A DNA stretch of 64,000 bases from Seison nebaliae. Lineage: Eukaryota. Positions 37,076 to 55,100 of this stretch are shown here, piece after piece. The stretch is taken from the NCBI GenBank assembly GCA_023231475.1, contig JALJEE010000907.1, forward strand, positions 1 through 64,000. Direction: 5' to 3'. The position numbers and the translations under genes were made by a program. Below the pieces are notes generated by a model. The model was not told where the DNA came from. It saw only the letters and a program-made list of their open reading frames with translations, and searched no databases. How positions within the stretch are numbered: position 1 is the stretch's first letter; each line of letters opens with the position of its first letter.

Positions 37076-40000
37076 TTAAGTGGATTTTAAATAAATATTC
37101 TTTAAAACGAACAGAACTACGTCCATATTCGTCCAATAACCGGTATGTGCAGTTAACATGCTCAAATATTGATTTTCATAACGCGATTCAGTAACTTGGA
37201 AATCGATCCTCTTCTCTAATTGTGGAAGGAAATCGGGATTCGTATTCGCATTATGTGATTGATTAGTAGTCAAATCGTCAGATTTCTTGAAATTATTTAT
37301 CAATTTACTAATATCCATTCTATTTGACATTTCGATATTTGCCGTCGGTAACGAACTCAAATAATTTTTCTTCTTTATCCTACTGTTGTTATTCTCGATG
37401 ATTTTCGATGTTTCCAAATCGTTCATTAGATCATTCGTATCGTCATCTACTGAGATATCATCAAAATCAGATCCATCTTTCGCATTGTTCGATTCATTTT
37501 GCATCATGTCCAAACTGCCTTCATGAAACGATTTTGATAATTGACTTTTTTTCGATGTCGTCGATTCGAGTATCGGTTTCATTTGCTCGTATGGTTCCGG
37601 ATGAGTAGCGTCATGTTTATGAATTCGTACTGGAAGATAAGAAGCGTAATGTTTCAATATTAACGGTTCCAAACGATACACCTTAATAATTGAAAAATGT
37701 ATAAAAATAAATTAGGAAGAAATTATTAACAATCGGATCAGACGAATGATAAATGTTGAACATTCTACCACAAACTGATTTGGGTAAAATATGATTCTGT
37801 GTTATATCGTTACCAGGACGTACTCCACGTAACGACAGAAATACAGCTAACGGTGATCCGATACAGAATAAATTTTCGATTTTCGAAAACTTCAATACAC
37901 TTCCTTGTTCTCGTTTCTCTTTTACTAAAACCGAATAAATCTTTTAAATTTCAAAATCTTTTTGAAGAAATTTAACGTCCGCTATTCACGTCTCCGTTTT
38001 TGCCCTTCGAATATTTCAATAATAATTCTTCTTCCGTTTTCAGCCTGATAATTTCGAGGAAAAAATCGAATTTTCACTTTCATTCAATAAGAATGGAGGA
38101 ACCATTTACTAACTGACTTCTCATTTCAATAATCTTACTCACTTGTTGAGTGATGGGAAGAGAGTTTTGTTTTTTCATTATTTCTTCTTCATCAGCAATA
38201 CTATGAATATTGGATTGGTGTCCCAATAGTGTGGCCATTCTTAAATATTCTTCATACAAAGCGATTGGATTGAAATTAGTTAGAATGTCATACATAATCA
38301 CGCTTCCTTCATGAGAAATGTTTGAAAGAAAATGTTCAAAGCAGAATTAAATGTACCTAGAGAATGTGCAATTATTGAAATTTTCCCATGTCGCAAAAAA
38401 TAGGGATTGGCCAAAGTAAATTTCATATAGGTCTCATTAATTCCTTTCACTAAACCATCTGTTAACTGAAGTTATTCATTAAAATGTGAGATTAATAAAA
38501 ATGTTTAGATTATCAAACTTCTAATCGATATAATGGCGACGTATAATAGAGAACGTCGAGAACTGTTGAATTGAATAATCCACGTAAGTTCCGCAATCTC
38601 CGTGGAGTAATCGATTGGATGACACCTTTGAAGAAGATTTTCGCATTTGAAAATATATATCTAAATTTAACCTTGGTCCAACTTGCAAGAGGAGCGCCAT
38701 TCAACCGGAAAGAATTCCGCCCGAGTTTGTTGATTTTCGGGCAAATCTAAATATTTCCCTTTTAATTTCTGTTCCAAATCTCTTAATCTAACGAGTCATT
38801 GAAGATTTTTCGTTTCAACAGACAATTATAACTCGATACATCTTCTCGCTATACTTCCTCTTGCTACCAGTTGTCCGATACCATGAACGACGAAAACCAT
38901 ATGATCAATTATCGCATCTTTATCTTCCAAAGTAGCTAAAACGGGATAACCTCTTCGAATTCTCGCACCAGCTATTGTGTAAATAATAATTGAAATATAT
39001 TTTATTTTAATTTTGAACTTTGCATTCCTAATTTGTTACTTAATGTCCTCAAAAAACGGAAGTGAACCGCTTCGCTGTACATATAAACTTCCAATGGTGT
39101 GAGCCATGTGACGAAGAAATCGGCAAATTGTAATCTTTGTGCATTCGCTAAAGTGAATGGAAATGAAAAGAAGAAGATGAATGATGATATTTAACGTGCA
39201 TTTAAAATACTTTGTTTTTTTTCATTCTTTTTAGAAGTTTCTCCTCTGCTCGATGTATCACCTATTTTACGACAATTATTCGAATAAATTAATTATTCTA
39301 TTCAATTTTAATTAATAGCACCATCTCCCAAACAGTTCGAATTGAAGAAAATGTAAATTAGAAAACTAAATTACAATTCCATTTAAATTAATCACAAAGT
39401 AGAAGTTCCGAAGAAAATTGTCAGAGCAAAAATAAAAAATTAATAACAGAACGTTTCAGAAAGAATAAAAGTGTAAATTTTTAACTACTCAGAAAACAGC
39501 AAATATTCTTTCAATGATAGAAAGAAAATTCAAATCAAATTAAATAACCCAAAAAATCGAAAATTAATTTTTAGCAATAAAATATTTGTAAGCAACTTGT
39601 CTGATAAGTGAGAACTCGATGTCCCTGATATAAGGATAGATGATGTTCTTCAATATCTTTAGCATAACTATTTTCTAAAGGATAAGAATTGACATCATCG
39701 AACCAGGTAGCTCGATAGATTGGCATGATGTCATTGCCTGTTTGTTCTAAATTTATGGTGATTAAAAGAGAAAGTTATGATGGGAAAAATGAAACTATTC
39801 GCTCCAGACCAATACAAGGGATAATACATCATAGTCGATACATCGGCTTCATACAATTGACCACGAACAATGACTTTCTGATCAAATCGTGGATTTCGAA
39901 AGACGAATTCTAATCGTAGAGAATCATATCCACGAAATGGCAACCATTTGCGTTCACCGCTGATCTTGCGATAGAACCATCTGACTTCGTCACAACGAAG

Positions 40001-40111
40001 TGGCTCGACTATCTTATTGATGGGAAGAGTATCGGTGGAGAGTTCCTTGACAATTCCTTCGATAATTTCTTTTTGGTTGGCAGATGTTGGAATGTTTATG
40101 CTCTTATTCAT
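37076..40111 (-). CDS. DDHD1: DDHD-domain phospholipase A1 (DDHD1/PA-PLA1-like), about 10 exons
   Basis: WLPFRGYDSLRLE, VRGQLYE, HMVFVVHGIGQ, FFPVEWRSS, DVLYYTSPLYR, lipase motif AHSLGSVIMYDIL, NLFCIGSPLAVFL, NIYHSSDP, AHTGYW. Confidence 0.92.
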
Positions 40112-40604
40112 TGATACTTAAAGTAAACAAACTGAATGATAGTTGGTGGAGTTCGAATTTTCACTTTTTTTTATTTTCAATTATAAAAATGAAATTTATT
40201 CTCTATCACTTCTTCCTCCAACCTTTTCTCAACCTCTCTTACATAGAAGTATCTCCTCTTCAATCAAGTAGTTTATTTAATCATTATATTACCATCAACA
40301 TCGATATTAGTCAACCGATTGATATGATCGATATGATCGATATATTAATGTGTAGAAATTTCTCCAAATATATCTGTAAACTTCTTATTCAAATCATTCA
40401 TTTTCACGTCATTGTCCAAACTAGAAAAAATTAGTTTATCGGTCAAATTTAATTATTTAATTTCATTAATTCTTTCGACAGATGATAATTTATATTATCC
40501 ACTTGTCATTTGCTCTTTGTCAAACTAATATTTAGCAGTTGAAGGTGAGAATACATAAAGATTTCTCTTATTTTCCCTACCGGTATTTGAGCTTCTCATT
40601 AATC

Positions 40605-40618
40605 GTTGTCATGACAAC
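40605..40618. promoter_or_regulatory. Perfect palindromic RFX X-box upstream of the ARL gene
   Basis: GTTGTCATGACAAC, ending 28 bp before the ATG at 40646. Confidence 0.8.
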
Positions 40619-40645
40619 CGAACTAAATATTCGGTAGAAAGATTG

Positions 40646-41295
40646 ATGACGTGCATGAAAAAACGTAGAAGTTACAACATTCTAGTTCTAGGATTAGATA
40701 ACGCAGGAAAATCGACAATTATTTTTAATTTAACTAATAAAAATTCAAGAGACATTCAACCGACAACCGGTAAATTTTCCACATTTCCTCACAATTCAAC
40801 TTGTAGCGCACCATCGTACATTCGTCTGTCATTGTCAATGTGATTATCGTTGTTCAATTAATTTTATTATCAAAATTTCATTTATTATTTTTATGAAAAG
40901 GATTCCAAATTTATTCGAAAAAACTTAATAAATATCATTCACTCGAATTTGGCGATGTGTCTGGACAAAGATGTGACAGGACGTTTTGGACGACGTTCTT
41001 CGAAGAAGTTCATCTAATTTTTTTCGTCATCGATCGAGCGGATATTTCAAGAATGAATGAAGTTCTAACTGAAGTCAAATATGTTTCTGAATCAAAAGAA
41101 CTTATTCATTGTCCAATCATTTTTATTCTGAACAAGATCGATTTGCCATTATCTCCAATTGACGCAAATAAAATAGATCAATTGAAGAGATTATTATTAT
41201 CGAAAGAACGGATGACGGAAACAATTGAACTCTGTGGGAAAAGTTTGAAAGAAAGAGAACTTATTAATCTCATCATGAAATATATTGATGACTAA
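40646..41295 (+). CDS. ARF-like small GTPase (ARL6/ARL3-like, divergent), 2 exons (intron 40770-40900)
   Basis: G1 GLDNAGKST, G2 PTT|GF, G3 DVSGQ, FFVIDRAD, G4 NKID. Confidence 0.85.
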
Positions 41296-41979
41296 ATTTA
41301 TGATTTCTTCTTCAATTTCTCAAAACAGTTTTGCTTTAAAGTTTAAAATAATTTCATGCTCAAATTTTTCATTAGTCAATTTTAATAGTATCTGATTATT
41401 TATCGTCATATTTACAAATGGAAGAATTTCCCTAAAATTTCGACTTGATTTTCTAATAAATAGAATAATAGAAAGTGGAAATTCCTAATTTCTCCCACAT
41501 AATAATTATCAGAATTAGATTAATGGATAAATTTAGAGTGAAGAAGAATAAACTAATATTTTTGAGAGAAGAGAATAGGAAGGAATAATGATGAAGTTCA
41601 ATTAAATAAAATAAATAAAAATGAATAAATTATTCGATGTGAATAATAACAGGCGATACAATTGCATACAGTTCATATTCATCTATACATAAGAAGAACA
41701 GATGAATGTAGAGGTGAGATGACGGAAGCTTTTTTTCATTTGATAAATTTTAAAAAAGAATTACTTTTAGTAATCGATTTAATAAGAATAAATTGTCTTT
41801 CGTTTGAAGAAATAAAAATAAATATAATTCTAGAAATCTATTCTCTCATCAAATAAATGGTGATGAATAGATAAACGAATTTACTCGCAACAAATAAGAT
41901 CATCTTCAAAATAAGTCGGATGGTATTTGCATAATAGTAGTAGATGAATTAGAATGGAATGGATGTAAATAAAAGTCAA

Positions 41980-45616
<3,637 letters not shown>

Positions 45617-47020
45617 AAAATCCTTTTAACAATCGTTTGTCTGATGATCGATTTAAAATTAAGTTGAAAAATCCTTCTGCCAATGCCTCATATATGATTC
45701 ATGTTGTTCTTGTTATTATAAATGATCATTGTTCGGAGATGAGAAGGAAGAGTTCGATTGAGTTTGTTGATCGAAAAAATCATCGATGGCAATGGCAAAC
45801 AGATCCGTCCAACATATGTTCAAATCTCATACACCAAATTATTACGCCACCAAATGATAATTGGAGGAAGAATGCTTCTGAATCAGTCACTGAAATGAGA
45901 ACTAGTCGAAATGATAAAAGAAATATTTCAATGAAATATTATGAGTTGAATGGAAGGAAAATTTAAAGAAAAATATTCCCATCCAACAAGAGACGAGAAG
46001 ATAAAAAGAATTAAAATAGTTTCCTATAAACTTTTATCGAAGAATACGAAAAATTTTATGGGAAACAGAGAAAAAGATAATTTGAACTTCCACTACTACG
46101 TATATATTATAAAAACCCAAATTTAACATCCACTGACAATTGTTTCGTTCAATTAAAATTGTTCCTTCCGTCTTTCCCTACCAAAATGGAACTAACTCCC
46201 GTCCTCAATACAAATGGAAAAAAAATAATTAAACGAATTCATTTCATCATCAAATCTCAATCAAATCGAATGGGATTCTGTTCCATCTGACGATAATATA
46301 ATGTAGATTATATCGTCAAAAGTCTCTACGTAACAAATGGAAAGATATGAAAAGTTTTTGTTTATACTTATCTCAATCCATTCCCATCATTTAATCTCAA
46401 TCAGAACGATTTGATTCACCATCATCATCATCATTCTTTTCTCATCACATCATCGAACAATAAAAATTATGTAAGAAATTCACATATTTATTTCTACATA
46501 TATACTTACGTATGTAGCTACATGTGGTAAATAGAAAAGACATATACACATGTATCAATTGGTCTATGGAAGTGCAGAGACATCTACAAACGCCTTACAT
46601 ACATACACGTACCTCGGAGTATGTGGATGCGCAGACACATCTTCCAATGTACATACACTACATACAGATTAGTAGGTATATTTGAAAGACACCGATATGT
46701 AACTATATCATCATATTACGTACGTCTATAATAAAGGAAGAGAATACGAAGGATTATCTAACAAATTTCTTATTTGTTCGAAATGTTAATGAATGAATGA
46801 TTGGGACGAAGTATGAAATCTTCTCCCAACTCATCACAATTCAATTCATTAATATTTCTCCTTCTTCACACGCCCGACAACGACTCAAAGATATAGGAGG
46901 AATTGTTGAAGAATGTGAACAGATTTCTCACTTCTTCCTCTCCTCTCAGAATTATTATCAGACTCATCATAACTACAATTAGAACTTCAATATGCGAATG
47001 AGAATTGTGTACTTCACATA

Positions 47021-47047
47021 ACACACACACACACACACACACACACA
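47021..47047. repeat. (CA)n microsatellite
   Basis: Uninterrupted AC run. Confidence 0.9.
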
Positions 47048-50000
47048 TACGTACACTGAGTGCACACACAAAAACATAGATTTATTAAGACATAAAAAAT
47101 AAAGAGATCTACAATTCTTTATTTCAATTGACTTTTTAATGGAAAAATATACAGACAAGTAACACTTGGTGCAAGATCATCATGATGAGCAGTGGACAAA
47201 ATTGAGATGATATAAATATAAAACAAATAAAAGAAAATGGAGAATTGTTGACAGAAATGAGAAATGGTAATAATTGAACAAAAATATTTTACATATGATC
47301 ATCGTTCAATTGATGATCAAGAGACAACTTTCTAAAAAAAGGAACATTTCTTATATAAGAGATTCACCTACGCAAATATTTCATCTCCATCCCACCATCC
47401 CCGTCCCTCCAAAACATATTAATTTCTGATAAGTTTTCTTTCTTTCCCATTTATTTTGAAGATCCGTCCTCTCTTCCATCTCCTCCTCTTTCTCCATTTT
47501 TTAAGGTGAATTTCCTGTTCAAAATTTTAGGCTTTCCTCCAAAAAATAAATTGGAGAAATTTATTTCTCTTTTTATTTATTCTTCTCTTCTTGCGTACAA
47601 TGCCGACTGCAGTCCTATTTTGATTCACATCGATACTAATGATGACTAATTATGACAAGCGACAACGAATTAATGTGTTGTGTTAAACGACAAAAAACAT
47701 TTATTATCAGTAGAAATTCTTTCTATGAATTTATCTCCAGAAATAACAATAATTCTTTTCACATACACATTATTCGTCGGAAATTGTTCGTATAAATTAT
47801 ACAATTATATTCTAATATACTTCTTGTCCTCTTCCTCCTCCACCTTCTCTTTCTTCTCCTGACTGTTAATCACATTATAATCTTATCTAATTTTAATTAA
47901 TTTCTAATGAAATCATTTTATGGAAAATGAGTCAACACCTTCCGATTGAAATACCTATTTCTGATTATTGTGGTATACATTGGGGTAAATAATGAGCCAT
48001 ACTTCCTCTTCCACAAATCAACAACCATTTATCAACTTGGTATTTAATCTATTTGAAGCTTCCTTCTATCGAATGTTTTCACTCTCAAACTTTTCTGAAA
48101 CATTTAGAGAATTTCTGAGAATAAACCGGTTTTTTTTCGTTGAAACTTGATCGACTATAAGAACCATATTACTCATTTCGATATTTCAAATATTTGACAT
48201 GTTCCTTCGTTTAATTTATCGATGAAGAAAATGAAAGTTTAATTGAAATAAAATTAACGAGAACTTTATGATTTGATTTTATAAATTTCCATCAAAATAT
48301 TTTGAAATTTTAAAATTAATAAAAAAATTAATCCAAAACTTAATTCGAATTATATGAAAAATTTCTTGAATCTTCCATCCAATGAGAGTTTTGATGGAAA
48401 TTTGAGAAAATAATATAACAAAAAAAAAAAGTAAATTACTTTAAGTAATTGTGAACTATTTTAAACTTTCTATAATAAATTTAATTTTAATATAAAATGG
48501 AGAAAATTTTTATAATTATGAAAATAACAGAGTGTGTTGAATAACAAAAAATTGAAAAAAATAAATATATTTAATAAGTTTAAACATTAATAATTTAGTG
48601 AACTGTCTCCTCCAGTTACTCTGTTTATGTTTATCACGTAAAATTTGTTGGAGATTAAATGGAACACGTATTTCTCTTGAAAAATTTGATGAAATTCAGA
48701 CACTCTGAAGCATTGGATGGGTGGTTTTGACAAGTTTAATTTGAATCTATTTATCTATTTGATTAATTGATCTGTGTACACTTGACTAAATGGTTTGATA
48801 TTGAATGAAGAAGAAATCGGATTATTATTAAAGTCATGAAATGATTATGTTCGTTATAAGTTGTAGCTTAAGGGGATGCTCCACTAACACGAGATACAAG
48901 TGATTGAACTTTAATTTGAATTATGAGAAATTTAGCAATTGGGGTTGAATGATTAGCGAACATTATGTTCATACAATAACTGTCCGTGTAATTCGTTATG
49001 CAGAAGAGATTTAATAATTGAAAAGCGAATTGAGGAGAATTTATATCAAGAGATATCTCTCCTCGAATCTCGATAGAGAGACATGTGATTATGCAATTCA
49101 GTGAGCAAGAAGAAAAACGAGAGCGATGTGACTAAAACAAACATCAGAAGATATTGCTTAATGAAATAATTTGCCTATCGATTATAATTCCATCAAACAG
49201 TGAGAGGAATAACAAGAAATGAATTCACATCTTCTCATTTGGATTCAACTTGATTTTCGAACAAATGAATTGGAAATTATGCGAGAAAATTTTTCATGTT
49301 GATGATGAAAGAAGAATTCATAATTAGATATGCTAATGGATAAACGAACTGCTTTCCCATTTTTTTTATCATCATTCCTTCTCATCATAATTCGTCATCC
49401 ACAACAGAAAGAAAACAATAGACAGAATGGCATTAGAGTAGCAGAAATAGAAAGAAAGTTCTTTCATTATCGACAAAAGGAACGAAACCTTTCACTCACT
49501 TACTATTATGTTGTTAAACTAGAACTCTATTTTCTCATTTTATCTAGTTATCTATAATCTATCTTTGACTATCTATCGGAATTTTCCTATCAATTCATAT
49601 CATTAGACAAATAACTATTCTTCTTCTTTCAACCAAAAATCTATTTCACTCTTCCTTTTCATCTTAAAGAAAATCCCAATTATTTATCATTCTCCTAAAA
49701 CTCAAAAATTCTAGCTAGTCTCTTCATCTCTTATCCAAAAAAGAAAGAAAGAAAGAAATACTTATTCAAATGTCCCTCAACAATCTCCCAAAGGAATTAG
49801 TTTGTTTCGGAATCTTATAAATTTCTTTAGAGGAGACTACAAAATTAATTATTTCCATTAGAAACTGTTTTATTTTAATGAAACGATAGATGATACTAAT
49901 GGAAATTTAACTTTTCAAACAATTTTCAATGAAAACTTTAGTGGAACTTAATTTCCTCTTACGAATTTTCTATGGGATCGTTCAACATTTTTTTTTATGA

Positions 50001-50771
50001 TGAAACATTTCTCAACAACTTGTTTTTAAGTTATATTTCTAAATTTCTCTTTTTCATATAATTTTTTTTTGCTAGTTCAGTTTTCTATTTTTCGATAGTA
50101 TTTTCGAATAGATTTGACGTTGTAATTATTTTAAGTTGTTTTCATGCGATTCCATTTGGAGGAAGATGGAATGACAATAATTTAGGGAGTATGAAGTGGA
50201 TATGTGGATGAGGCTGAATGTAGAATATAGGAAATTTATGTACTGTCGATGTATAACCACTTTATTGAACACTTATCGTCAGATAATGAGTTTGGAGAAA
50301 GATCAAATATAAATCGCATAAAACAGATAGAGGAGGAATGATATGTCCTCAAAATATTTCCGCTTGTTCTTAACATGATAAATATCAAATTCATTTCACA
50401 ATCTCTAGAAAATTGAAATATATCCATCATCCTTCCTCACAGTCTTATACTCTCCACCTACTCTCAGGATTTAATGGAATTGAATGATATTTATTCTCCC
50501 TTCCAATATAGTTGGCGAGAAATGTTGTGTGAATGAGATTTCATATTGATATTGATAAATTATTAGACATTTGCTAGAATGATATCGAAAGCAAATTCTT
50601 CTCTTTCATTGCCAATATCATATTTCATCATTATCTTCTCGTCGTCGTCGTCATCATTTTTAACAACACTGATAATGGATGATGGATTATTTTTTATTGG
50701 AAATTTAATAAATTACCTCTTTTCCAATCTTCTTTTTTCAGAGATGAAATATCGATAAATTCTTACAAAAA

Positions 50772-51964
50772 ATGGATCTCAAATTAATAATATTTTTAAT
50801 TATATCTATTGAAAGTGGAAACATCGAAGTTTATTCTAAAGAAATACCTCCCGTATCTACCGTACTTGATGCAACTCCATTAAAATCGAATGAAACTCTT
50901 CTCGCTAAACTGACGACTCCTCTCGCAATCAACAAAAGTAAAAGTTGTCTGATGCTTCAGAAGAATGTGAGGAAACAACATACTTGTCTAGTACAAACTT
51001 TCGGTGTTCCATTTATCCATCAACGTCATCAAATGGAAAATAATGACATTTTCTTCTGGATTAGAGACTTCTCACCAATTGACGAAAATTTTAATGGATA
51101 TTATTGGTATCCGAAAAGTTGGCGATTTTTAATTTTGTTTTATTTTCAAAATTTTTAATTTGTCAGAAAATCATCAAAATAATTTTTTAACGATTTGTTC
51201 ATTTTATGCATCGAGCACATTCGACACCATTCTCGCCAAATATAATTTGACTTATTATCAGAAGTGGGAGAAGAAACAGAGAATGTGCTACAATCTCTCT
51301 CATCCAATCCATTCGAATAGTGTTGTTGTTTTTAGAAATAAATTTTTTTATTTAACGAAAATTAAATGGAAAATATTCGTCGTCCAATTGAACTTTGCAA
51401 ATAATCGAACGACTCTCATGGAAATTAATGGAGATTATAAAATTGATGAAATTTTTATAAAAAGTTAAATTTTTTTTTTTTGAATAAAAATATAAAAAAA
51501 GTTTTTCAGGTGATTTAAATTCGATAAATTTGATAAAAATCCACAAATATCATATCACGACGAATATTTATGATATTGAAAATAATGTGATTGTGGGTAG
51601 TAGTGAAATAGAAATAAAAAGAACACGAATTTCATTAAAGTCCATTGTTCTGAGATCATTTATTGCTTATGGATTCCTTTATATGAATTTTAATGAAACA
51701 AACAACATTTTCACTTATTTCCCCATTTCTCATAATTTGGATGAATGTCAATTGAATGGTATTGACTTATATCTTCCTCCCAATCATTTATACGGAAGGA
51801 AAAATGAAGAAATTTCTTATGTCAATTTCAATTCATATAATGATCGATTATTCATTTGTACGTTGAGAAAAAACCATCAGGAAAACACACCTCCCACAAT
51901 TCTCACAATTACATCGAAACTATTCTTTACTTGTCCATCACCATCGAACTCACAATCAATTTAA
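50772..51964 (+). CDS. Secreted olfactomedin-like beta-propeller protein, 3 exons (introns ~51118-51166 and 51464-51509)
   Basis: Signal peptide; FWIRDFSP, YNLSHPIHSNSVVVFRNKFFY, SFIAYGFLY and YVNFNSYNDRLF parallel OLF motifs (W.RD, G.G.VVY...YY, AF..CG.LY, YNP.D..LY). Confidence 0.55.
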
Positions 51965-52136
51965 TAAAATTTGAGAATAAACTTTTTTTCCGATACAAAA
52001 ATAAAATTTTTCTTATCATTTTTTTAAACCATCAAAAATTCCGTCAGGTTCGTAAACTTTTGGAAATAATATGAAATTTGAACATTTTCTTCGATCGAGT
52101 AGAAAATTGAAGAGGAAAAAGTTTTTTCAAAATTTT

Positions 52137-55100
52137 TCAAAAAATTTTTTGTAGTTTCAATATATAATCGTCATTCCAATTATTTGATGGTTCTTCTTTC
52201 GATTCGGATGATTCATGGAAATCATGTGACTTTGAAAAATTTTTCATTTTGAATAAATTGGGATTGAGATATATCATTTTCTCATCCGATTTAGATTTTG
52301 AGATAAATTTATCATTTCCTGATTTCAATGCGATTAACGGTGTGGAGAAGTTTAATGAGGAATTGTAGAGACGATCGTTCAATTCTTTATCGAATATAAC
52401 GAATGGATGTAATTGCATTCGGACTTGTTGGATATAGTTGAGTGTGAGTTGTCCTTTTTGAATGATACGAAAAAGAGTTTCCGTAAAATATTTTTCTGAA
52501 TTTTCGTGAGATAAATTCGATTGTCGAAGAGAAATGTAAGTGAGGAGTAGAAGAGAAAAGGAATGATCGATTTTCTCGAATATTTTCAACAGTTTCTCCA
52601 ACTGAATAATTAGAGAAAAGAAATTCATTTTGAATGTACATCGGAAACCTTTCATTTTATCCGATATCGATAAATGGAAATCATTTGCGATAAATCTTTC
52701 AAGATGAGCCGAACACATCCATCGATCCATTAACGCTTCCGTCATTGTCGGATCGGTACATTCCAAATGATACAATCGATAACAATAAGTGCAGGAAATT
52801 GCTTGTGCACATTGTCGCCATTGACTCGTTTGATGACCGTCACTATGAATGACATGACCATAAACATTTGGATCTTGACGGAAACGTTTACGGATATCGA
52901 ATCGTCGATGACGTTTAGAAATGGTCTTATCATCATTCGATTTTTCTTCATTTAATTCTTGGAAATTTTGATTATTATTAATATTATTATTATTGTTAAA
53001 ATTATTATTATTTGAATTGTTATTAATAACGGTTATAGATGAATGGAAATCACCATTGAAAATATCATCATAACGACGATCGTTTAAAAATGTTTCGTCA
53101 TTCTCGAAAAGATTTTCACGGAATTTCTTCAATAAATTCCGTCGCACATCAACAATGTCCGTACTGCTACGTTTGGAAATGATTAAATTATTATCGTTTA
53201 ATGAAATTGGTGGGACGGGTCTCGTCACAAATAATTGATTACAATTCTCACAAATCGGTAAACGTTGTTCACGTTTCCGTTCTACATTCTGTATATGACT
53301 AATTCCAGTAACAGCTGTCAATTCTCGATCGATCTTCAAAATTTCATGTAATGTCATCGTATCTTTACAACGAAATATTTTTATGATCCAATTTCTATCC
53401 AATTCATTTGATGATGATACCGGATCAAATAAGGGAGACCATGGTAATTTGAATTGATGGAAATCATATAAACTATCGAAACAATTGATTAGAACATTAA
53501 TATTCGATTCAAATGATCCTCGAATTATTCGTTGGAGTAAAGTCTCATTACGTGGTGATTGCTGTCCCATTAAATCATCAATGAACAATATCATTTTATT
53601 ATCAGCTGATGGTTTTTCTTCGAAAATTTTTTCATTTTCCAAAATTTTCTTTATTAATATATTTTGAGAATTCATTGAAATATTTCGAGACATTAATGAA
53701 AATGATGATAAAATTTGATGCTGATAATTGACATAATCATTTGTCAATCGATAATCAGAAATATTCGATTTGGTCGTAAGATAACTAAGATTTCCTAAAA
53801 GTAACGATCGATTCGCTCGTTGAGAATTCAATTGAGAAATGATAGAATGATAAGTGGATTCGTTAGAAATGAAATTATTTTCAAACCATCGACAACCATC
53901 TAACAGGATTGGAAGAAGTTTCTGATTCAAATTGATTAATAATCGAAAAAATTGATTGAAAGGAACAAATTGGAAAATAGTGGAATATAAATGAGAATAT
54001 TTCGATTGTTCAATTGATTCGTTTAATTCGTTATCAATTTTGACGATTTCTTCAAATCGATTTCCATGAAATAATCGACAACTTTTAATAATTTGTTTAG
54101 TTCGAATTTGAAATTGATCGAGAAATAAATTTGAATAATTTTCATTTGAATAATTCATCCATTTCCTTCTAATTAATTCTAGATAATTATTTGACTCCAC
54201 ATTTTCCATATTCAAATCATTATCGGATGATGATAATGAAATATTTTTTTTTAATTTTTCTTTCTTCACGAAATTTTTCTTCGTTAAATTTAACAGATTT
54301 TTCAAATGATTAATTTTCCGTTTTCCATCAAATATATGAAGTGATTTGATAAATATGGTATCGTTGTCGAAGAATGGGGAAAGTGTGGTTGATTGAAGTT
54401 GATGAATAACATGAGAAAGTGTCTCGAAATAAATAAATTTGACAACGAATGGAATAATGGCCAATTGTCGAGGTAATAATCCAATTAATAAAATTTCTGA
54501 TAATTTCAATTCTACATTCAATTCATTCATAGTATTTGATGAGAGAAAAGAATTAAATTGAAGATGAATTAATCGAAGAATTAATTCGAATGAACATGAT
54601 GGACAAAACCATTCATTCTCATTCACTAAAGAATTCGATTCCACCATCGGTACCAAACATGTCAAATGGACAGCCGTTGGACATCGATCACATAACATCA
54701 TTTCACCATTTGCACCACAAAAATCACAACAATCTCGATTCGTCAAATGTTTCGGTCGTTCACATGTTCGACGGTATGAATAACGATAAGCAGTTTGACG
54801 CATAATCTCTTCACGTTTGGTCGTTTGAAAAATTAATGCTCTTGTCAACAATTCATTGGAAGATTGATTAAATGTGAATGTATCAAATAACGGATGACTG
54901 TCATCGAGAGAACGGGAAAAATGATTATGGAAATTTTGAAGGAAAATCATATGGAATGGATCGTCGTTCAATTTCGTTGCTACCAAACGAAATGATTCAA
55001 AGAGACAATGAATAAAAAAATAATCACAATCCAAATTATTTTCATTCAAATTCTTCTCAATCACTTTCTCTGTTATGTGTCTCTCTCTCAAATTATAGGA

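Noticed and set aside
46683..46730. miR-71-like seed (TGAAAGAC) with a weak hairpin; also a miR-8/200-like seed near 19074
   Set aside because: Only the seed matches and the stems are too poor for a pre-miRNA.
48283..48403. 15-bp inverted repeat AAATTTCCATCAAAA / TTTTGATGGAAATTT as MITE ends
   Set aside because: No target-site duplication, low complexity, and no second copy seen in the window.
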